Shown here in pieces: positions 1-10,625 of a stretch of 64,000 nt of DNA (position 1 is the first letter of the stretch; each line of letters starts with the position of its first letter). Source of the DNA: an uncultured Bacteroidales bacterium (GTDB taxonomy: Bacteria > Bacteroidota > Bacteroidia > Bacteroidales > FEN-979); contig CAVYJI010000019.1 of assembly GCA_963768805.1 (NCBI GenBank), positions 277,991-341,990 on the forward strand, in the 5' to 3' direction. Under the pieces are notes generated by a model. It made no database searches. It saw only the letters and a program-made list of their open reading frames with translations, and was not told where the DNA came from. The position numbers and the translations under genes were made by a program.

Positions 1-593
1 CCATCTTGTCGAAAGTAATGATGCAATACTATGACCGGTTTGTGACTTCAATTTCTTTTGACCCTGATCAATATTCCAGTGACGGGATTCGTTTTTTGAA
101 ATTGGTTTCCAAATCAGCGTGGCCGATTCCTGTCCGCACCAGGAAGTCACGGTTACAAAACAACCTTGTCCTGGTATCCGGTGATGCTGCAGGATTAGGC
201 GATCCATTGACAGGCGAAGGAATATTTTATGCTGTGAGGAGCGGAAAAATGGCTGCTGAGACCTGCGCAGAATATTTATCAGGTGAAATTGAATCAACCA
301 ATCGTTATTCTGAGAGGGTCAATGAGGAACTGATGACGGAATTACTGGAAGCCAACAGGATCAAGCATGTATTCAATGCAGTTCCATTGAAGATCCATTC
401 CAGTGTCGGTAACAACGACCGCGCCTGGAAAGCTTTCGGCAAAATACTTCGCGGTGAACGCAGGTACAGAGATGTACGTAACGGTTTTGGGAAATGGAAA
501 CATTTATGGAATATTATATGTTTCATCTCAGGAGTTTTGGAAAAATACAAAGAGAAAAGTATCCAGAAGGTGTACACAGAAAGGATCCAATAA
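1..593 (+). CDS. FAD-dependent oxidoreductase, geranylgeranyl reductase family (C-terminal part; 5' end outside the window)
   Basis: The ORF is open to the window edge. It carries the motif SGDAAGLGDPLTGEGIFYAVRSGKMAAE, typical of the GDAAG..P.TGEGI region of geranylgeranyl reductase-like flavoproteins. Confidence 0.7.
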   Translation, partial: ILSKVMMQYYDRFVTSISFDPDQYSSDGIRFLKLVSKSAWPIPVRTRKSRLQNNLVLVSGDAAGLGDPLTGEGIFYAVRSGKMAAETCAEYLSGEIESTNRYSERVNEELMTELLEANRIKHVFNAVPLKIHSSVGNNDRAWKAFGKILRGERRYRDVRNGFGKWKHLWNIICFISGVLEKYKEKSIQKVYTERIQ

Positions 594-597
594 AAAA

Positions 598-623
598 AGC
601 GCTACGGGGGCTTCCGTAGCGCT
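598..623 (-). terminator. Intrinsic terminator hairpin between convergent genes, with a T-run on the minus strand
   Basis: A 10-bp stem AGCGCTACGG / CCGTAGCGCT with a 6-nt loop. The A-run at 592-598 reads as a U-run on the minus strand, downstream of yqeY. Confidence 0.5.
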
Positions 624-643
624 CAGCAAAAGAAGTTTAAGGA

Positions 644-1102
644 TCAGATGCCAAGGAGTTTCTTCACTATCTCCGAGACCTTTTTATTATCTGTTTTACC
701 AGCAAGTTCCTTTGAGGCTGCTGCCATCACTTTTCCCATGTCTTTAACAGATGAAGCCTGGGTTTGTGTGATGATCTGCTTAATCTTTTCTGTCAACTCT
801 TCTTCTCCCATCTGTTGTGGCAAGTATTTCTCAATGATAGAAGCTTCAAACCGTTCTTTTTTCGCAAGGTCTTCCCTATTGGCTGAAGCGTAGATATCAG
901 CCGATTCCCTGCGTTGCTTTACCAGTTTCTGAAGAAGCGTTAGTTCAACCGATTCAGGGATCTCCCCGGTCGTTCCTTCTTTTGTTTTTTCAAGCAGCAA
1001 GGCAGCCTTGATAGCACGAAGGGCTTCCAACTTTTCAGGATCCCTGGCAAGCATAGCCGCCTTAATATCGTTGTTGATCAGTTTTTCAAGTTCCATTATC
1101 AA
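644..1102 (-). CDS. yqeY: GatB/YqeY domain-containing protein
   Basis: 152 aa. The N-terminus LINNDIKAAMLARDPEKLEALRAIKAALLLE and the C-terminal MGKVMAAASKELAGKTDNKKVSEIVKKLL are typical of the YqeY family. Its start overlaps the ftsZ stop. Confidence 0.85.
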   Translation of the reverse strand: MIMELEKLINNDIKAAMLARDPEKLEALRAIKAALLLEKTKEGTTGEIPESVELTLLQKLVKQRRESADIYASANREDLAKKERFEASIIEKYLPQQMGEEELTEKIKQIITQTQASSVKDMGKVMAAASKELAGKTDNKKVSEIVKKLLGI

Positions 1103-2745
1103 TCTACATGATTATTCAAGAATGAATTCTCTTTTGTAAGTTCTATGTTTTTTTCCTTATCCGAAACTGTATAAAGGGGAACCTGTGATTCGGAAGATGG
1201 TGTTACGTCGGAAAGTTCAATATTCCTTCGCTTATAAGCCGGGATGCTTTCGATCTCAGCCAGGTGGGTTTCCAGTGGGGGATGTGTCTTAAGTTTTTCG
1301 CTTAATGCCCTGAGTTTTTGTACCCGGTCGTTCATCATCTTTTCCATCTCAGGATGTTCTTTCTGGACCTCAGGTTCTGTTTTTTGATCCGTTCTGACTG
1401 AGGGCTTGAATAAAAACTCAGAGACAGAGATCTCAACTTCTTTTTCTTTCTTGTCGTACTGTGTCATCCCGGCAGGTTCTTCCTGAATAATCCGTTGTGG
1501 TTCCGTTTCCTGAGATTCAATATTGAAGATAATTGTGCGGTCGATGTGAGGTTCTTCAGGTTCGATCTCCTTCAGAAATTCAGATTCCGATGCGATGGCA
1601 TGGACCTCTTCTTCTTCCTGTGGTTTTGTTAAAACAGTGTCTTCCACAGGTACAACTGGTGTTTCTACAGGTTTACTCTTTGTTTCCTGTTCGTATAGCG
1701 GCATTACGATCACCGGTTTATCGGCCTGAACAATTTTTTTCTTATGTTCCTCATCAAAACCCGTTGCAATAATAGTAATACTTATATTGTCTTCAAGAGA
1801 TTCATCGATGCCGTTTCCCCAGATCACTTCTGCTGAATTTTTTGTCTTTTCCGAGATATAATCTGTGATCTCGGTCACTTCATCCATTGTTATTTCTTCA
1901 TTGCCGGAAGCGATGTACAGCAGAAGGTTATTAGATCCTTCTATGTTATTGTCGTTGAGTAACGGTGAATTCAAGGCTGTTTCAATGGCGTGAATGGCGC
2001 GGTTTTCACCCTTTGCAATTCCTGACCCCATGATTGCCACCCCGCTGTCTTTCATCACGGTCTTCACATCTTCAAAATCAACATTGATGTAACCGGTCAC
2101 TGTTATAATCTCGGCAATCCCTTTTGCTGCTGTAGTTAACACATCATCAGCATGTCCGAAGGCAGCAGAAAGTTTTTGGTCGCCAAAAAGATCGCGCAAT
2201 TTATCATTACAGATGATCAGCAAGGCATCTACATATTTTTTCATTTCGTTAATGCCCTGTTCAGCATGTTGATTACGCTTTCTGCCTTCAAAGGCGAAAG
2301 GCATGGTCACGATCCCCACGGTCAGGATCCCAAGTTCTTTAGAGACACTGGCAATGACAGGAGCAGCGCCGGTTCCTGTACCACCACCCATTCCAGCAGT
2401 AATAAAAAGCATCTTAGTCCCTTTTTCCAGAATGTTCTTCAGGTCCTGGATATTCTCCAGTGCCGCGTTCTTTCCAATGGAAGGAACAGCTCCTGCCCCA
2501 AGACCTCCCGTAAGATTTGCTCCCAGCGGTACTTTCGTCGGTACCGGGCTGGACTCCATTGCCTGTAAGTCGGTGTTACAAATAATGAAGTCGACGCCCT
2601 TAATGCCCTGCCTGAACATGTGCGTCACGGCATTGCTGCCACCTCCGCCAACGCCTATCACTTTAATGATGGATGATTGGTTCTTGGGTAGATCAAATTT
2701 TAACATAGGATGGGATTTTAACTTTTTAAAATTATACAGAAACAA
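1099..2745 (-). CDS. ftsZ: Cell division GTPase FtsZ; the likely true start is the internal Met at 2706
   Basis: Tubulin signature GGGTGTGAAPVIA and IKVIGVGGGGSNAV. It has a long low-complexity E/P-rich linker and the C-terminal peptide IPAYKRR. It holds the terminal position of the dcw cluster. Confidence 0.97.
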   Translation of the reverse strand: MFLYNFKKLKSHPMLKFDLPKNQSSIIKVIGVGGGGSNAVTHMFRQGIKGVDFIICNTDLQAMESSPVPTKVPLGANLTGGLGAGAVPSIGKNAALENIQDLKNILEKGTKMLFITAGMGGGTGTGAAPVIASVSKELGILTVGIVTMPFAFEGRKRNQHAEQGINEMKKYVDALLIICNDKLRDLFGDQKLSAAFGHADDVLTTAAKGIAEIITVTGYINVDFEDVKTVMKDSGVAIMGSGIAKGENRAIHAIETALNSPLLNDNNIEGSNNLLLYIASGNEEITMDEVTEITDYISEKTKNSAEVIWGNGIDESLEDNISITIIATGFDEEHKKKIVQADKPVIVMPLYEQETKSKPVETPVVPVEDTVLTKPQEEEEVHAIASESEFLKEIEPEEPHIDRTIIFNIESQETEPQRIIQEEPAGMTQYDKKEKEVEISVSEFLFKPSVRTDQKTEPEVQKEHPEMEKMMNDRVQKLRALSEKLKTHPPLETHLAEIESIPAYKRRNIELSDVTPSSESQVPLYTVSDKEKNIELTKENSFLNNHVD

Positions 2746-2803
2746 GGCTATAAAGTAGATAAGATTTTTTTTTTATTAACAAGATGGTTGTGAATAGCGG
2801 AAT

Positions 2804-4138
2804 TTACTCATTCTCTTCATCAAACCACTTCTGGATCTTTTCAATGAACGATTCAGAGAATTTTTTTCCTGACTTATCGGGATCTTTTGGCTTTTTCTCC
2901 CTGATCTTTTTGGTTTTTGCAGGTTTCGCTTCGGGTTCCAGAACTTCTTCGTTGACCAGGGGTTTCATTTTTTCTTTTTCTTTCTCGTAGCGATCTATCC
3001 CTACAACAACAAGGCCTATCCCGGTCGCGTACATCGGGCTGGCCATTTCCCCCGGAACATCGTTTGCAAGATGCTCATTAGGATACCCGATGCGCGTATC
3101 CATGCCTGTTTTGAATTCTGTGAGCTGTGCAATGTGTTTCAATTGTGCACCACCGCCTGTCAGCACAATACCCCCAATAAGTTTTTTCTCATAGCCTGAA
3201 TTCTTGATCTCAAAATAGATGTATTCAATGATCTCTTCCATCCTGGCCTGGATAATATTAGCCAGGTTGCGGATGCTGATCTCCTTGGGAGGGCGTCCTC
3301 TCAAGCCTGGAATGGCTACAATTTCTTCTTCACGGTTTTCACTGGCCAGTGCAGAACCGAATTTGACTTTCAGCTCTTCTGCATGTTTCTTGATGATCGA
3401 GCAACCTTCTTTAACATCTTCTGTGATAATATTACCACCAAGTGGGACCACAGCCGTATGCCTGATGATCCCTTCATGAAAGATGGCTATATCTGAAGTT
3501 CCACCACCGATATCCACAAGAACAACACCGGCTTCTTTTTCTTCTTCACTCAGCACGGCTTCAGCTGAAGCAATAGGTTCCAGGATCAGGTCGACTACTT
3601 CAAGGTCGGCTTTCCTTACGCATTTATAGATGTTTTTTGCTGCAGCCGTTTGTCCTACGATAATATGAAAATTGGCCTCCAGGGAACTGCCCATCATACC
3701 TTTCGGGGATTTGTCAACCAGATCTCCGTTGAGGCTAAATTGCTGGGGGATGACTTCAATGATCTCTTCTCCCGGGTTCATATTCAGGTTATACATGCTG
3801 TTGACCAGGGCATCGATCTCTTCCTGGCTGATCTCCACTTCACTGTCCTTACGGATGGTACTGCCGTGATGCTGAAGACTTTTAATATGTTGGCCGGCGA
3901 TCCCAACATTCACATACCGGATATCGACACCTGATTTCTGAGAGGCTTCCCTGATCGCATCCCTGATCGATTGTACCGTGTTTTCAATGTTGGAAACGAC
4001 GCCTCTTTTCACCCCGATAGATGGAACCTTGCCATATCCGAGGATCTGGATCTTTCCGAATTCATTTTTATGCCCGACAATGACTGCAATCTTCGTCGTG
4101 CCAATATCTAACCCTACAATTATTTCTGATGTTTTCAT
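2804..4138 (-). CDS. ftsA: Cell division protein FtsA (actin-like ATPase)
   Basis: VGLDIGTTKIAVIVG and VLVDIGGGTSDIAIF phosphate-binding motifs. It lies between ftsQ and ftsZ. Confidence 0.95.
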   Translation of the reverse strand: MKTSEIIVGLDIGTTKIAVIVGHKNEFGKIQILGYGKVPSIGVKRGVVSNIENTVQSIRDAIREASQKSGVDIRYVNVGIAGQHIKSLQHHGSTIRKDSEVEISQEEIDALVNSMYNLNMNPGEEIIEVIPQQFSLNGDLVDKSPKGMMGSSLEANFHIIVGQTAAAKNIYKCVRKADLEVVDLILEPIASAEAVLSEEEKEAGVVLVDIGGGTSDIAIFHEGIIRHTAVVPLGGNIITEDVKEGCSIIKKHAEELKVKFGSALASENREEEIVAIPGLRGRPPKEISIRNLANIIQARMEEIIEYIYFEIKNSGYEKKLIGGIVLTGGGAQLKHIAQLTEFKTGMDTRIGYPNEHLANDVPGEMASPMYATGIGLVVVGIDRYEKEKEKMKPLVNEEVLEPEAKPAKTKKIREKKPKDPDKSGKKFSESFIEKIQKWFDEENE

Positions 4139-4234
4139 GTGATAATAGTTTTGATTTTAATGGTCACATGGAATATCCATTATTATCATTCCCGGTATGC
4201 ATGAATGATCTTTGTATGGACATTTCATATACCA

Positions 4235-5038
4235 TTAAATTTTTGAACATATAACCTGATTTTTGAATTTTATATTGATGATATTATACTTGCTCCATCC
4301 GGTTTTGCTCAACCCATACCTGTAAAAGACAAACAATCGTTCAAATTTATCCTGCAGGTTTTCTGCGTCTCCCATCAGGATGGTATGTGCTCCAATCCTT
4401 GGGATCAGTTCAAATTCTCCATCCGGCTCAACATAGATCTGCTCGATCTGTGCTTTCAGGAATCTATCTTTGGTTATAAAGGCTGATAACTTATAAAGAT
4501 TGTTCATCACGGAATGGCAGGTTGCCGAATCGTTCTTCCTGCCCGGGCCGTTAAGGTAACATGTATTCTTCGAGAAGGGCTCGGGTATTGATCCTGTGGC
4601 TACGAGAACCCTGGCGGAAAAAGCAGGATTCAGGGGAAGAAGATTGCCCAGTCCATCGAGGTAAAAACTCTCACCCTTTTCATTAAAGATCCTCAGGATA
4701 GGTTGGCGCTGGATGACATCTATTTCAACAACGCCATCCAGATTCATGTAAACCTGTGCATCTTCAACATAGGGTTGATTTCTGATCTCACGCTCAATAT
4801 GCTCAAAATCGATCGTGCCCAATTGCTGACCTTTTAGCAGGTTCCCGGTCAGTCTGACTACCTGGTAGATGTCTGATTGAGTAACGAGGACATCCGCTTT
4901 CCCATAATCGATGCGGATAATGTACTTTTTACAAACTTCGCTATTGTATTCGGTAGTGGTAAATCCAAGTAAAACAAAAAGGCCGCCTGTCATAAGCCCC
5001 CATATTGTAATTTCAAGGATCTTCAGGAATTTCTTCAT
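4235..5038 (-). CDS. ftsQ: Cell division protein FtsQ (single N-terminal TM plus POTRA-like region)
   Basis: 267 aa with one N-terminal TM helix (ITIWGLMTGGLFVLLGF). It occupies the conserved position between murC and ftsA. Confidence 0.8.
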   Translation of the reverse strand: MKKFLKILEITIWGLMTGGLFVLLGFTTTEYNSEVCKKYIIRIDYGKADVLVTQSDIYQVVRLTGNLLKGQQLGTIDFEHIEREIRNQPYVEDAQVYMNLDGVVEIDVIQRQPILRIFNEKGESFYLDGLGNLLPLNPAFSARVLVATGSIPEPFSKNTCYLNGPGRKNDSATCHSVMNNLYKLSAFITKDRFLKAQIEQIYVEPDGEFELIPRIGAHTILMGDAENLQDKFERLFVFYRYGLSKTGWSKYNIINIKFKNQVICSKI

Positions 5039-5044
5039 TTTCTT

Positions 5045-6433
5045 CTATTCCTTATTTATAAATAGTTCCCTGATAGGTTTTACCAGTTGGTCAATATCAC
5101 CTGCTCCCAGGGTAAGCAAGACTTCGGGCTTTTCGGATCTCAATTCATCAAGGAGGTCATCTTTTCTGCATATTTTTTTATCCAGGAGCTGCACTTTTTG
5201 CAGCAAAAAAGCCGAATCAATCCCGGGAACCGGGTTTTCCCTGGCAGGATAGATCTCGAGAAGGATCAGCTTATCTAGTAATTCGAGACTGCGGGCAAAT
5301 TCATCCGCGAAGTCACGTGTACGGGTGAAAAGATGCGGCTGGAAGATCCCGGTGATCTTCCTGGCAGGGTAGAGTTCCCTGGTTGCGCGTATACAGGCTT
5401 TCAGCTCCTCAGGATGATGGGCATAGTCGTCGATATAGACAAAATCATTACGGATCACCTGGAAATCAAAACGACGCTCAACGCCCTTAAATGTTGCCAA
5501 GGACTTTGAAATAACTTCATCCGTTATTCTTAAAGCAGAGGCAACTGCTGAAGCTGCGATGGCATTTTCAAGATTGAATTTACCGGGCAATGCGAGGACG
5601 ATTCCAGGGATTGTTCGTGCGGGGGTAACCAGGTCAAAAACAAACCGGCCATATTCCAGGCGTATCTTCTCCGGGTAAAAATCAGCATCACCTTCCGAAT
5701 AATAACTCTGAACAGTATATTTATCAATGTTTTCAGGTAAAATATCGACACCTTTTTTCAAGATCAATGTACCGTCTTCTTTCACATGAGATGTGAACTC
5801 TCCAAAGGATCGCCTGACTTCATCAATATTTCCATAAATGTCAAGATGGTCTGCATCGGCAGAAGTGATCACGGCAATATCGGGATAAAGTTGCAAGAAT
5901 GAACGGTCAAATTCATCTGCTTCAACAACGAAATAAGCAGGATTGCCATCTGGTTGTTTAATTGCTGAGCCGGAGATAACAAGATTTGATTGATAGTTCT
6001 TTGAGATCCCCCCGAGAAAAGCAATACAGTCAATTCCTGCAGTCTTTAGCAGGTGGGCAACCAGTGTTGTGATGGTAGTCTTGCCATGGGTCCCTGCAAC
6101 AGCAATTGTATTGGCATTCTCTGTGATCATCCCGAGAACCTCCGATCTTTTTTTCAGGGTGAAGCCTTTTTCGATCACGAATTGAAGTTCTTTATTGTCT
6201 TTGGGAAGGGCAGGAGTATAGATGACAAGGTCAGGATGAGCCGGGACCAGTTCCGGGTCATCATCGAAATGTACCGAAATTCCTTCATCAATAAGCATGG
6301 TCGTCAGTGTCGTGGGGGTCCTGTCATACCCCGAAACCTCAGCTCCATGCAGGTGGAAATACCGGGCCAGGGCGCTCATACCGATTCCCCCAATGCCCAG
6401 AAAATAAACCGACCTGTATTGATGGACGTTCAT
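5045..6433 (-). CDS. murC: UDP-N-acetylmuramate--L-alanine ligase
   Basis: N-terminal GIGGIGMSALA and the Mur ligase P-loop AVAGTHGKTTITT; dcw synteny. Confidence 0.95.
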   Translation of the reverse strand: MNVHQYRSVYFLGIGGIGMSALARYFHLHGAEVSGYDRTPTTLTTMLIDEGISVHFDDDPELVPAHPDLVIYTPALPKDNKELQFVIEKGFTLKKRSEVLGMITENANTIAVAGTHGKTTITTLVAHLLKTAGIDCIAFLGGISKNYQSNLVISGSAIKQPDGNPAYFVVEADEFDRSFLQLYPDIAVITSADADHLDIYGNIDEVRRSFGEFTSHVKEDGTLILKKGVDILPENIDKYTVQSYYSEGDADFYPEKIRLEYGRFVFDLVTPARTIPGIVLALPGKFNLENAIAASAVASALRITDEVISKSLATFKGVERRFDFQVIRNDFVYIDDYAHHPEELKACIRATRELYPARKITGIFQPHLFTRTRDFADEFARSLELLDKLILLEIYPARENPVPGIDSAFLLQKVQLLDKKICRKDDLLDELRSEKPEVLLTLGAGDIDQLVKPIRELFINKE

Positions 6434-6441
6434 GATTAGTT

Positions 6442-7593
6442 TTATTCTTTTTTCCTGATAAGTTTCATAGTTTCAATTGCAATGATATTGGCGGCATTTG
6501 GAAGTGCCATACTTCGAATGTTCCTGCTCAGCTCATCCTGTAGTTTATTGTCAGCAGCCAGTTTCTTTACAAGGTCAAAGAGATTCTCTTCGGACTCCTG
6601 GTCCTTCAGCATAAGTGCAGCCGACTTTTTTGCCAGTGCTTCTGCATTTTTTGTCTGGTGGTCTTCGGCCACATTTGGCGAAGGAATAAGGATAACCGGC
6701 TTGCCAACAATACATAATTCAGAAATTGCGATCGCTCCCGCCCGTGAAATGATGATATCGGCTGCTGCATAGGCCAGATCCATCCTATCGATAAAATGAT
6801 AACTGGAAACATCTTTACTGTTCGATATTCTTTGGTCCGAGCTAATAGCGTCGAAATAATATTTCCCCGTTTGCCATAATAATTGAAAGGGCTCTTCTCC
6901 GCTCTTCTGATCCAGGTAATGTAAAACACTCTTATTAATTGTCCCTGCACCAAGGCTTCCCCCGATGATCAGCACAACTTTCTTATCTTTCTTAAGATTA
7001 AAATGTCCGAGCGCCATGGTTTTGTCAGCCGGTGACATGATATCCTTCCGTACCGGATTTCCCGTGAGAATGATCTTACTGGCGGGGAAAAATTTTTCCA
7101 TTCCATCATAAGCGACGCAAATCTTATCAGCCTTGCTGCTCAGCAACCTGTTTGTTATCCCCGGAAAGGAATTTTGTTCCTGGATCAGAACAGGTATTTT
7201 TTTTCTCACTGCAGCCCTGAGGGTAGGGCCACTTGCATAACCTCCAACCCCGACCACCACATCCGGCTTAAATTGTGCAAGGATCCTTTGCGCCGTAGCC
7301 AAACTGAAAATGACCTTAACCGGAAATACCAGGTTTTTAAGTGTGATGCGGCGCTGAAGGCCGCTTATCCAGAGGCCGCGGATCTGATACCCTGCCTGCG
7401 GCACTTTTTCCATCTCCATCCTGCCTTTTGCACCAATAAAAAGAATTTCCATACCCGGATCAAGTATTTTAAGAGCGTCGGCAATGGCAATAGCGGGGAA
7501 AATATGTCCTCCAGTTCCACCTCCACTTATAATAATCCTTGTCATATCTTCAGAATATTTATCAGCTGGTTGCAGCAGCCAGTGTCCCTTCAC
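6442..7593 (-). CDS. murG: Undecaprenyldiphospho-muramoylpentapeptide beta-N-acetylglucosaminyltransferase; the likely start is Met at 7545
   Basis: IIISGGGTGGHIFPAIAIA G-loop and a GT28 C-terminal domain; synteny. Confidence 0.95.
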   Translation of the reverse strand: MKGHWLLQPADKYSEDMTRIIISGGGTGGHIFPAIAIADALKILDPGMEILFIGAKGRMEMEKVPQAGYQIRGLWISGLQRRITLKNLVFPVKVIFSLATAQRILAQFKPDVVVGVGGYASGPTLRAAVRKKIPVLIQEQNSFPGITNRLLSSKADKICVAYDGMEKFFPASKIILTGNPVRKDIMSPADKTMALGHFNLKKDKKVVLIIGGSLGAGTINKSVLHYLDQKSGEEPFQLLWQTGKYYFDAISSDQRISNSKDVSSYHFIDRMDLAYAAADIIISRAGAIAISELCIVGKPVILIPSPNVAEDHQTKNAEALAKKSAALMLKDQESEENLFDLVKKLAADNKLQDELSRNIRSMALPNAANIIAIETMKLIRKKE

Positions 7594-8758
7594 TCAGAAT
7601 TTCAACTTCTGTACCGTCCTTGGTCTCGATCTCTATTCTTCTGCTTACACTTAAAATGATGCCGATAGAGATACATGTAAACCATATTGAGGTGCCTCCC
7701 ATACTTATCAATGGCAATGTCTGACCGGTAACAGGAAACAGATGAACAGCCACAGCCATATTGATCATAGCCTGGAATACCAAACTAAAACCAATCCCAA
7801 TCGCGAGAAATGCCCCGAAGTTACCCTGGCATTTCGTGGTTATCCTGACGACCCGAAAAAAGAGGATACAGTACAGCAGTACCACGAATCCTCCTCCAAG
7901 GATCCCATATTCCTCGACGATAATTGCAAAAATGAAGTCAGAATAGGGATGGGGCAAAAAATTACGCTGTGTACTTCTCCCCGGTGATTTGCCAAAAATT
8001 CCTCCAGAAACGATGGCAATCTTTGACTGTTCTACCTGGTAATTGGCATCTTCATCTGTTTTTTCTTTATTCAGGAAATGATCCACGCGGTTGATCCAGG
8101 TTCCTCCACGCGGAAAAAGGCTGGGGGCTACCTTTGCCAGGCTGAAGATAAGTACAATGGCCACAATGCCCAGGCCTACCAGGGAAAAAATATACTTCAA
8201 CGAGATCCTGCCAATAAACATCAACACTATGCTGGTCACAAAGAGGATTGCTGCTGTGGAAAAGTTGGCCGGCAGGATAAGTGTACAAATGAAAATGGCA
8301 GGGATGATAACCGGTAAAAACCCTGATTTAAAATGTTTGATCTCTTCCTGTTTTTTGCTCAGCACACGGGCAAGGTACATGATCAGGAAAAGCTTGGCAA
8401 TATCAGAACTCTGGAAGGTAAGATTGATAATTGGCACTGTGAGCCACCGGTTTGCCTCGTTAAGATTTGTTCCTGACAGAAGTGTGATCAACAATAACGG
8501 AACCGTCAGGATCAACCCAATCTGCGAGATCCTTGAAAAATAGGTATATTTGATAAGATGTGTCGCATACATCAGCATGATCCCGAAACCCAGGATCACA
8601 AAATGTTTAAAAAGGTAATATTCAGTGTTCCCTCCCTGTTTTTTATAAGCCAGAGTCCCAGTGGAACTGTAAACCGCAAGCAGCGAAAATATGCAAAGGA
8701 TGATCACGACAACCCAGATCACCACGTCTCCTTTTACATTTTTAAAATATTTAACCAT
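7562..8758 (-). CDS. ftsW: SEDS-family peptidoglycan glycosyltransferase FtsW
   Basis: Polytopic membrane protein with PHPYSDFIFAIIVEEYG and GQTLPLISMGGTS SEDS motifs. It lies between murD and murG. Confidence 0.9.
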   Translation of the reverse strand: MVKYFKNVKGDVVIWVVVIILCIFSLLAVYSSTGTLAYKKQGGNTEYYLFKHFVILGFGIMLMYATHLIKYTYFSRISQIGLILTVPLLLITLLSGTNLNEANRWLTVPIINLTFQSSDIAKLFLIMYLARVLSKKQEEIKHFKSGFLPVIIPAIFICTLILPANFSTAAILFVTSIVLMFIGRISLKYIFSLVGLGIVAIVLIFSLAKVAPSLFPRGGTWINRVDHFLNKEKTDEDANYQVEQSKIAIVSGGIFGKSPGRSTQRNFLPHPYSDFIFAIIVEEYGILGGGFVVLLYCILFFRVVRITTKCQGNFGAFLAIGIGFSLVFQAMINMAVAVHLFPVTGQTLPLISMGGTSIWFTCISIGIILSVSRRIEIETKDGTEVEILSEGTLAAATS

Positions 8759-8769
8759 GATCCTGAAGA

Positions 8770-9318
8770 TTACAGATATTTTACTGCTTTTTTAAAGGCG
8801 TTGCCACGTTCTTCATAATCTTTAAAGAGATCAAAACTTGGACAACCCGGTGAAAGGAGAATAACATCTCCCATTGTCCCCGCAACATAGGCCAGTTCAA
8901 CAGCTTCAGCCATTGTTGAAGCGTCCGTTATGGGAATTTTCAGATCGGACATTGACAAAATAAAATTTGTACTGTCGATCCCGAGAAAAATGATTGATTT
9001 GACTTTAGCGCGGAGCAAAGGTTTAAGCAGCGTATAATCGATACATGAATCTTTTCCTCCAGCGATCCAGATGACAGGTTTCGACATATTCTCCAGTGTG
9101 TACCAGGTAGAATTGATATTTGTTGACCTGGAATCATTGATAAATTCTATCCCATGCACATTCGTGACTAATTCCATCCGGTGCTCCATTTGTTGGAAAT
9201 CACAAAAACACTCCTTGATGAAATTACTTCTGACTTCATTAATCCGGGCTGAAATTGATGCTGCCATGGAACAATGCACGCCAGGATGTCCTTGTAAAGC
9301 CAATGTTTCTAATGTCAT
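8770..9318 (-). CDS. murD: UDP-N-acetylmuramoylalanine--D-glutamate ligase, C-terminal fragment only (truncated murD; possible pseudogene)
   Basis: 182 aa, matching only the last part of MurD (..F.QMEHRMELV..GIEFINDSRSTN.., ILLSPGCPSFDLFKDYEERG). The Rossmann-like N-domain and the GTNGKT ATP-binding domain are absent. Only 39 bp separate its ATG from the mraY stop, and an in-frame stop lies upstream. Confidence 0.8.
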   Translation of the reverse strand: MTLETLALQGHPGVHCSMAASISARINEVRSNFIKECFCDFQQMEHRMELVTNVHGIEFINDSRSTNINSTWYTLENMSKPVIWIAGGKDSCIDYTLLKPLLRAKVKSIIFLGIDSTNFILSMSDLKIPITDASTMAEAVELAYVAGTMGDVILLSPGCPSFDLFKDYEERGNAFKKAVKYL

Positions 9319-9357
9319 GTTTTCAGATTTACAGAGTTCATCTATGGATTACTGCTT

Positions 9358-10608
9358 TTACCTCAATTTTAATGTTACGATTGTCAATACTGCCAGCATG
9401 ATACCGATAATGAAAAACCGGATCACAATTTTTGATTCGTGGTATCCTTTGATCTGGTAATGATGATGCAGGGGAGACATCAGGAAGATCCTGCGACCGG
9501 CTCCAAACCTGCTTTTCGTATATTTAAAGTATGCCACCTGGAGCACGACCGAAAAACTCTCAATGAGAAAAACCCCACAGAAGATCGGAATCATGATCTC
9601 TTTACGGATCATAATGGCAAAGACAGCTATCACACCGCCCAGTGCAAGACTACCTGTATCGCCCATGAATACCTGTGCAGGATATGAATTATACCAGAGA
9701 AATCCGATGCAGGCACCGATGAAAGCGCTGATATAAATTGCCAGCTCACCTGTGTCCGGGATATACATAATGTTCAGATAATTGGCAAAAACAATATTAC
9801 CCGAGACATAAGCAAGGATCCCCAATGTCACTCCAATGATAGCAGAACTCCCGGTCGCGAGTCCATCAAGACCGTCTGTCAGGTTAGCGCCATTTGATAC
9901 GGCAATGATGATGAAGATGATAATAGGAATGAAGACGAGGAAGGTCCATTTACTGAAACCTTTTCCAATCCAAGAGATCAGGACTGAGTAATCGAATTCA
10001 TTATTTTTCAAAAAAGGAATAGTGGTTTTTGTGGATTTAATTGGGAACTGGTACATTTTTGAATGATCAGGGTTCCCCTCTACATTAAAAACCTCAGAAG
10101 CCGGAACATATGCCTGTTTGCTGGTTTTCTCACGGATAACGATATCCTTGCTGAAAAACATGGTAATCCCGACAATCAAACCTAACCCGATCTGGCCCAG
10201 TATCTTGAACTTAGCTGCAAGTCCTTTTTTATCTTTACGAAATACTTTTATGTAATCATCCACAAATCCTATTATTCCCAGCCATATTGTTGAAACAAGA
10301 ATGAGAAGCACATATATGTTATCCAGCTTAGCGAGAAGAAGAGTCGGGACAAGGATTGCAGCAAGGATAATCAACCCGCCCATTGTTGGCGTCCCTTGTT
10401 TAGCGGTTTGCCCTTCCAGTCCGAGATCTCTAATCGTTTCACCGACCTGTTTTTTACGGAGGAAGCCGATCAACCTTTTTCCGATGATCATCGAGATAAA
10501 GAGCGATAAAATGAGCGCCATTGCTGCCCTGAAGGAGATGTATTGGAAAACACCTGCTCCCGGAAGATCTATTGCTTCATGCAGCCAGATAAACAGATAG
10601 TACAGCAT
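9358..10608 (-). CDS. mraY: Phospho-N-acetylmuramoyl-pentapeptide transferase
   Basis: [12 protein letters not shown] and [11 protein letters not shown] motifs, polytopic membrane protein, synteny. Confidence 0.97.
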   Translation of the reverse strand: MLYYLFIWLHEAIDLPGAGVFQYISFRAAMALILSLFISMIIGKRLIGFLRKKQVGETIRDLGLEGQTAKQGTPTMGGLIILAAILVPTLLLAKLDNIYVLLILVSTIWLGIIGFVDDYIKVFRKDKKGLAAKFKILGQIGLGLIVGITMFFSKDIVIREKTSKQAYVPASEVFNVEGNPDHSKMYQFPIKSTKTTIPFLKNNEFDYSVLISWIGKGFSKWTFLVFIPIIIFIIIAVSNGANLTDGLDGLATGSSAIIGVTLGILAYVSGNIVFANYLNIMYIPDTGELAIYISAFIGACIGFLWYNSYPAQVFMGDTGSLALGGVIAVFAIMIRKEIMIPIFCGVFLIESFSVVLQVAYFKYTKSRFGAGRRIFLMSPLHHHYQIKGYHESKIVIRFFIIGIMLAVLTIVTLKLR

Positions 10609-10625
10609 AGTCTGGTTTTAAAGAA

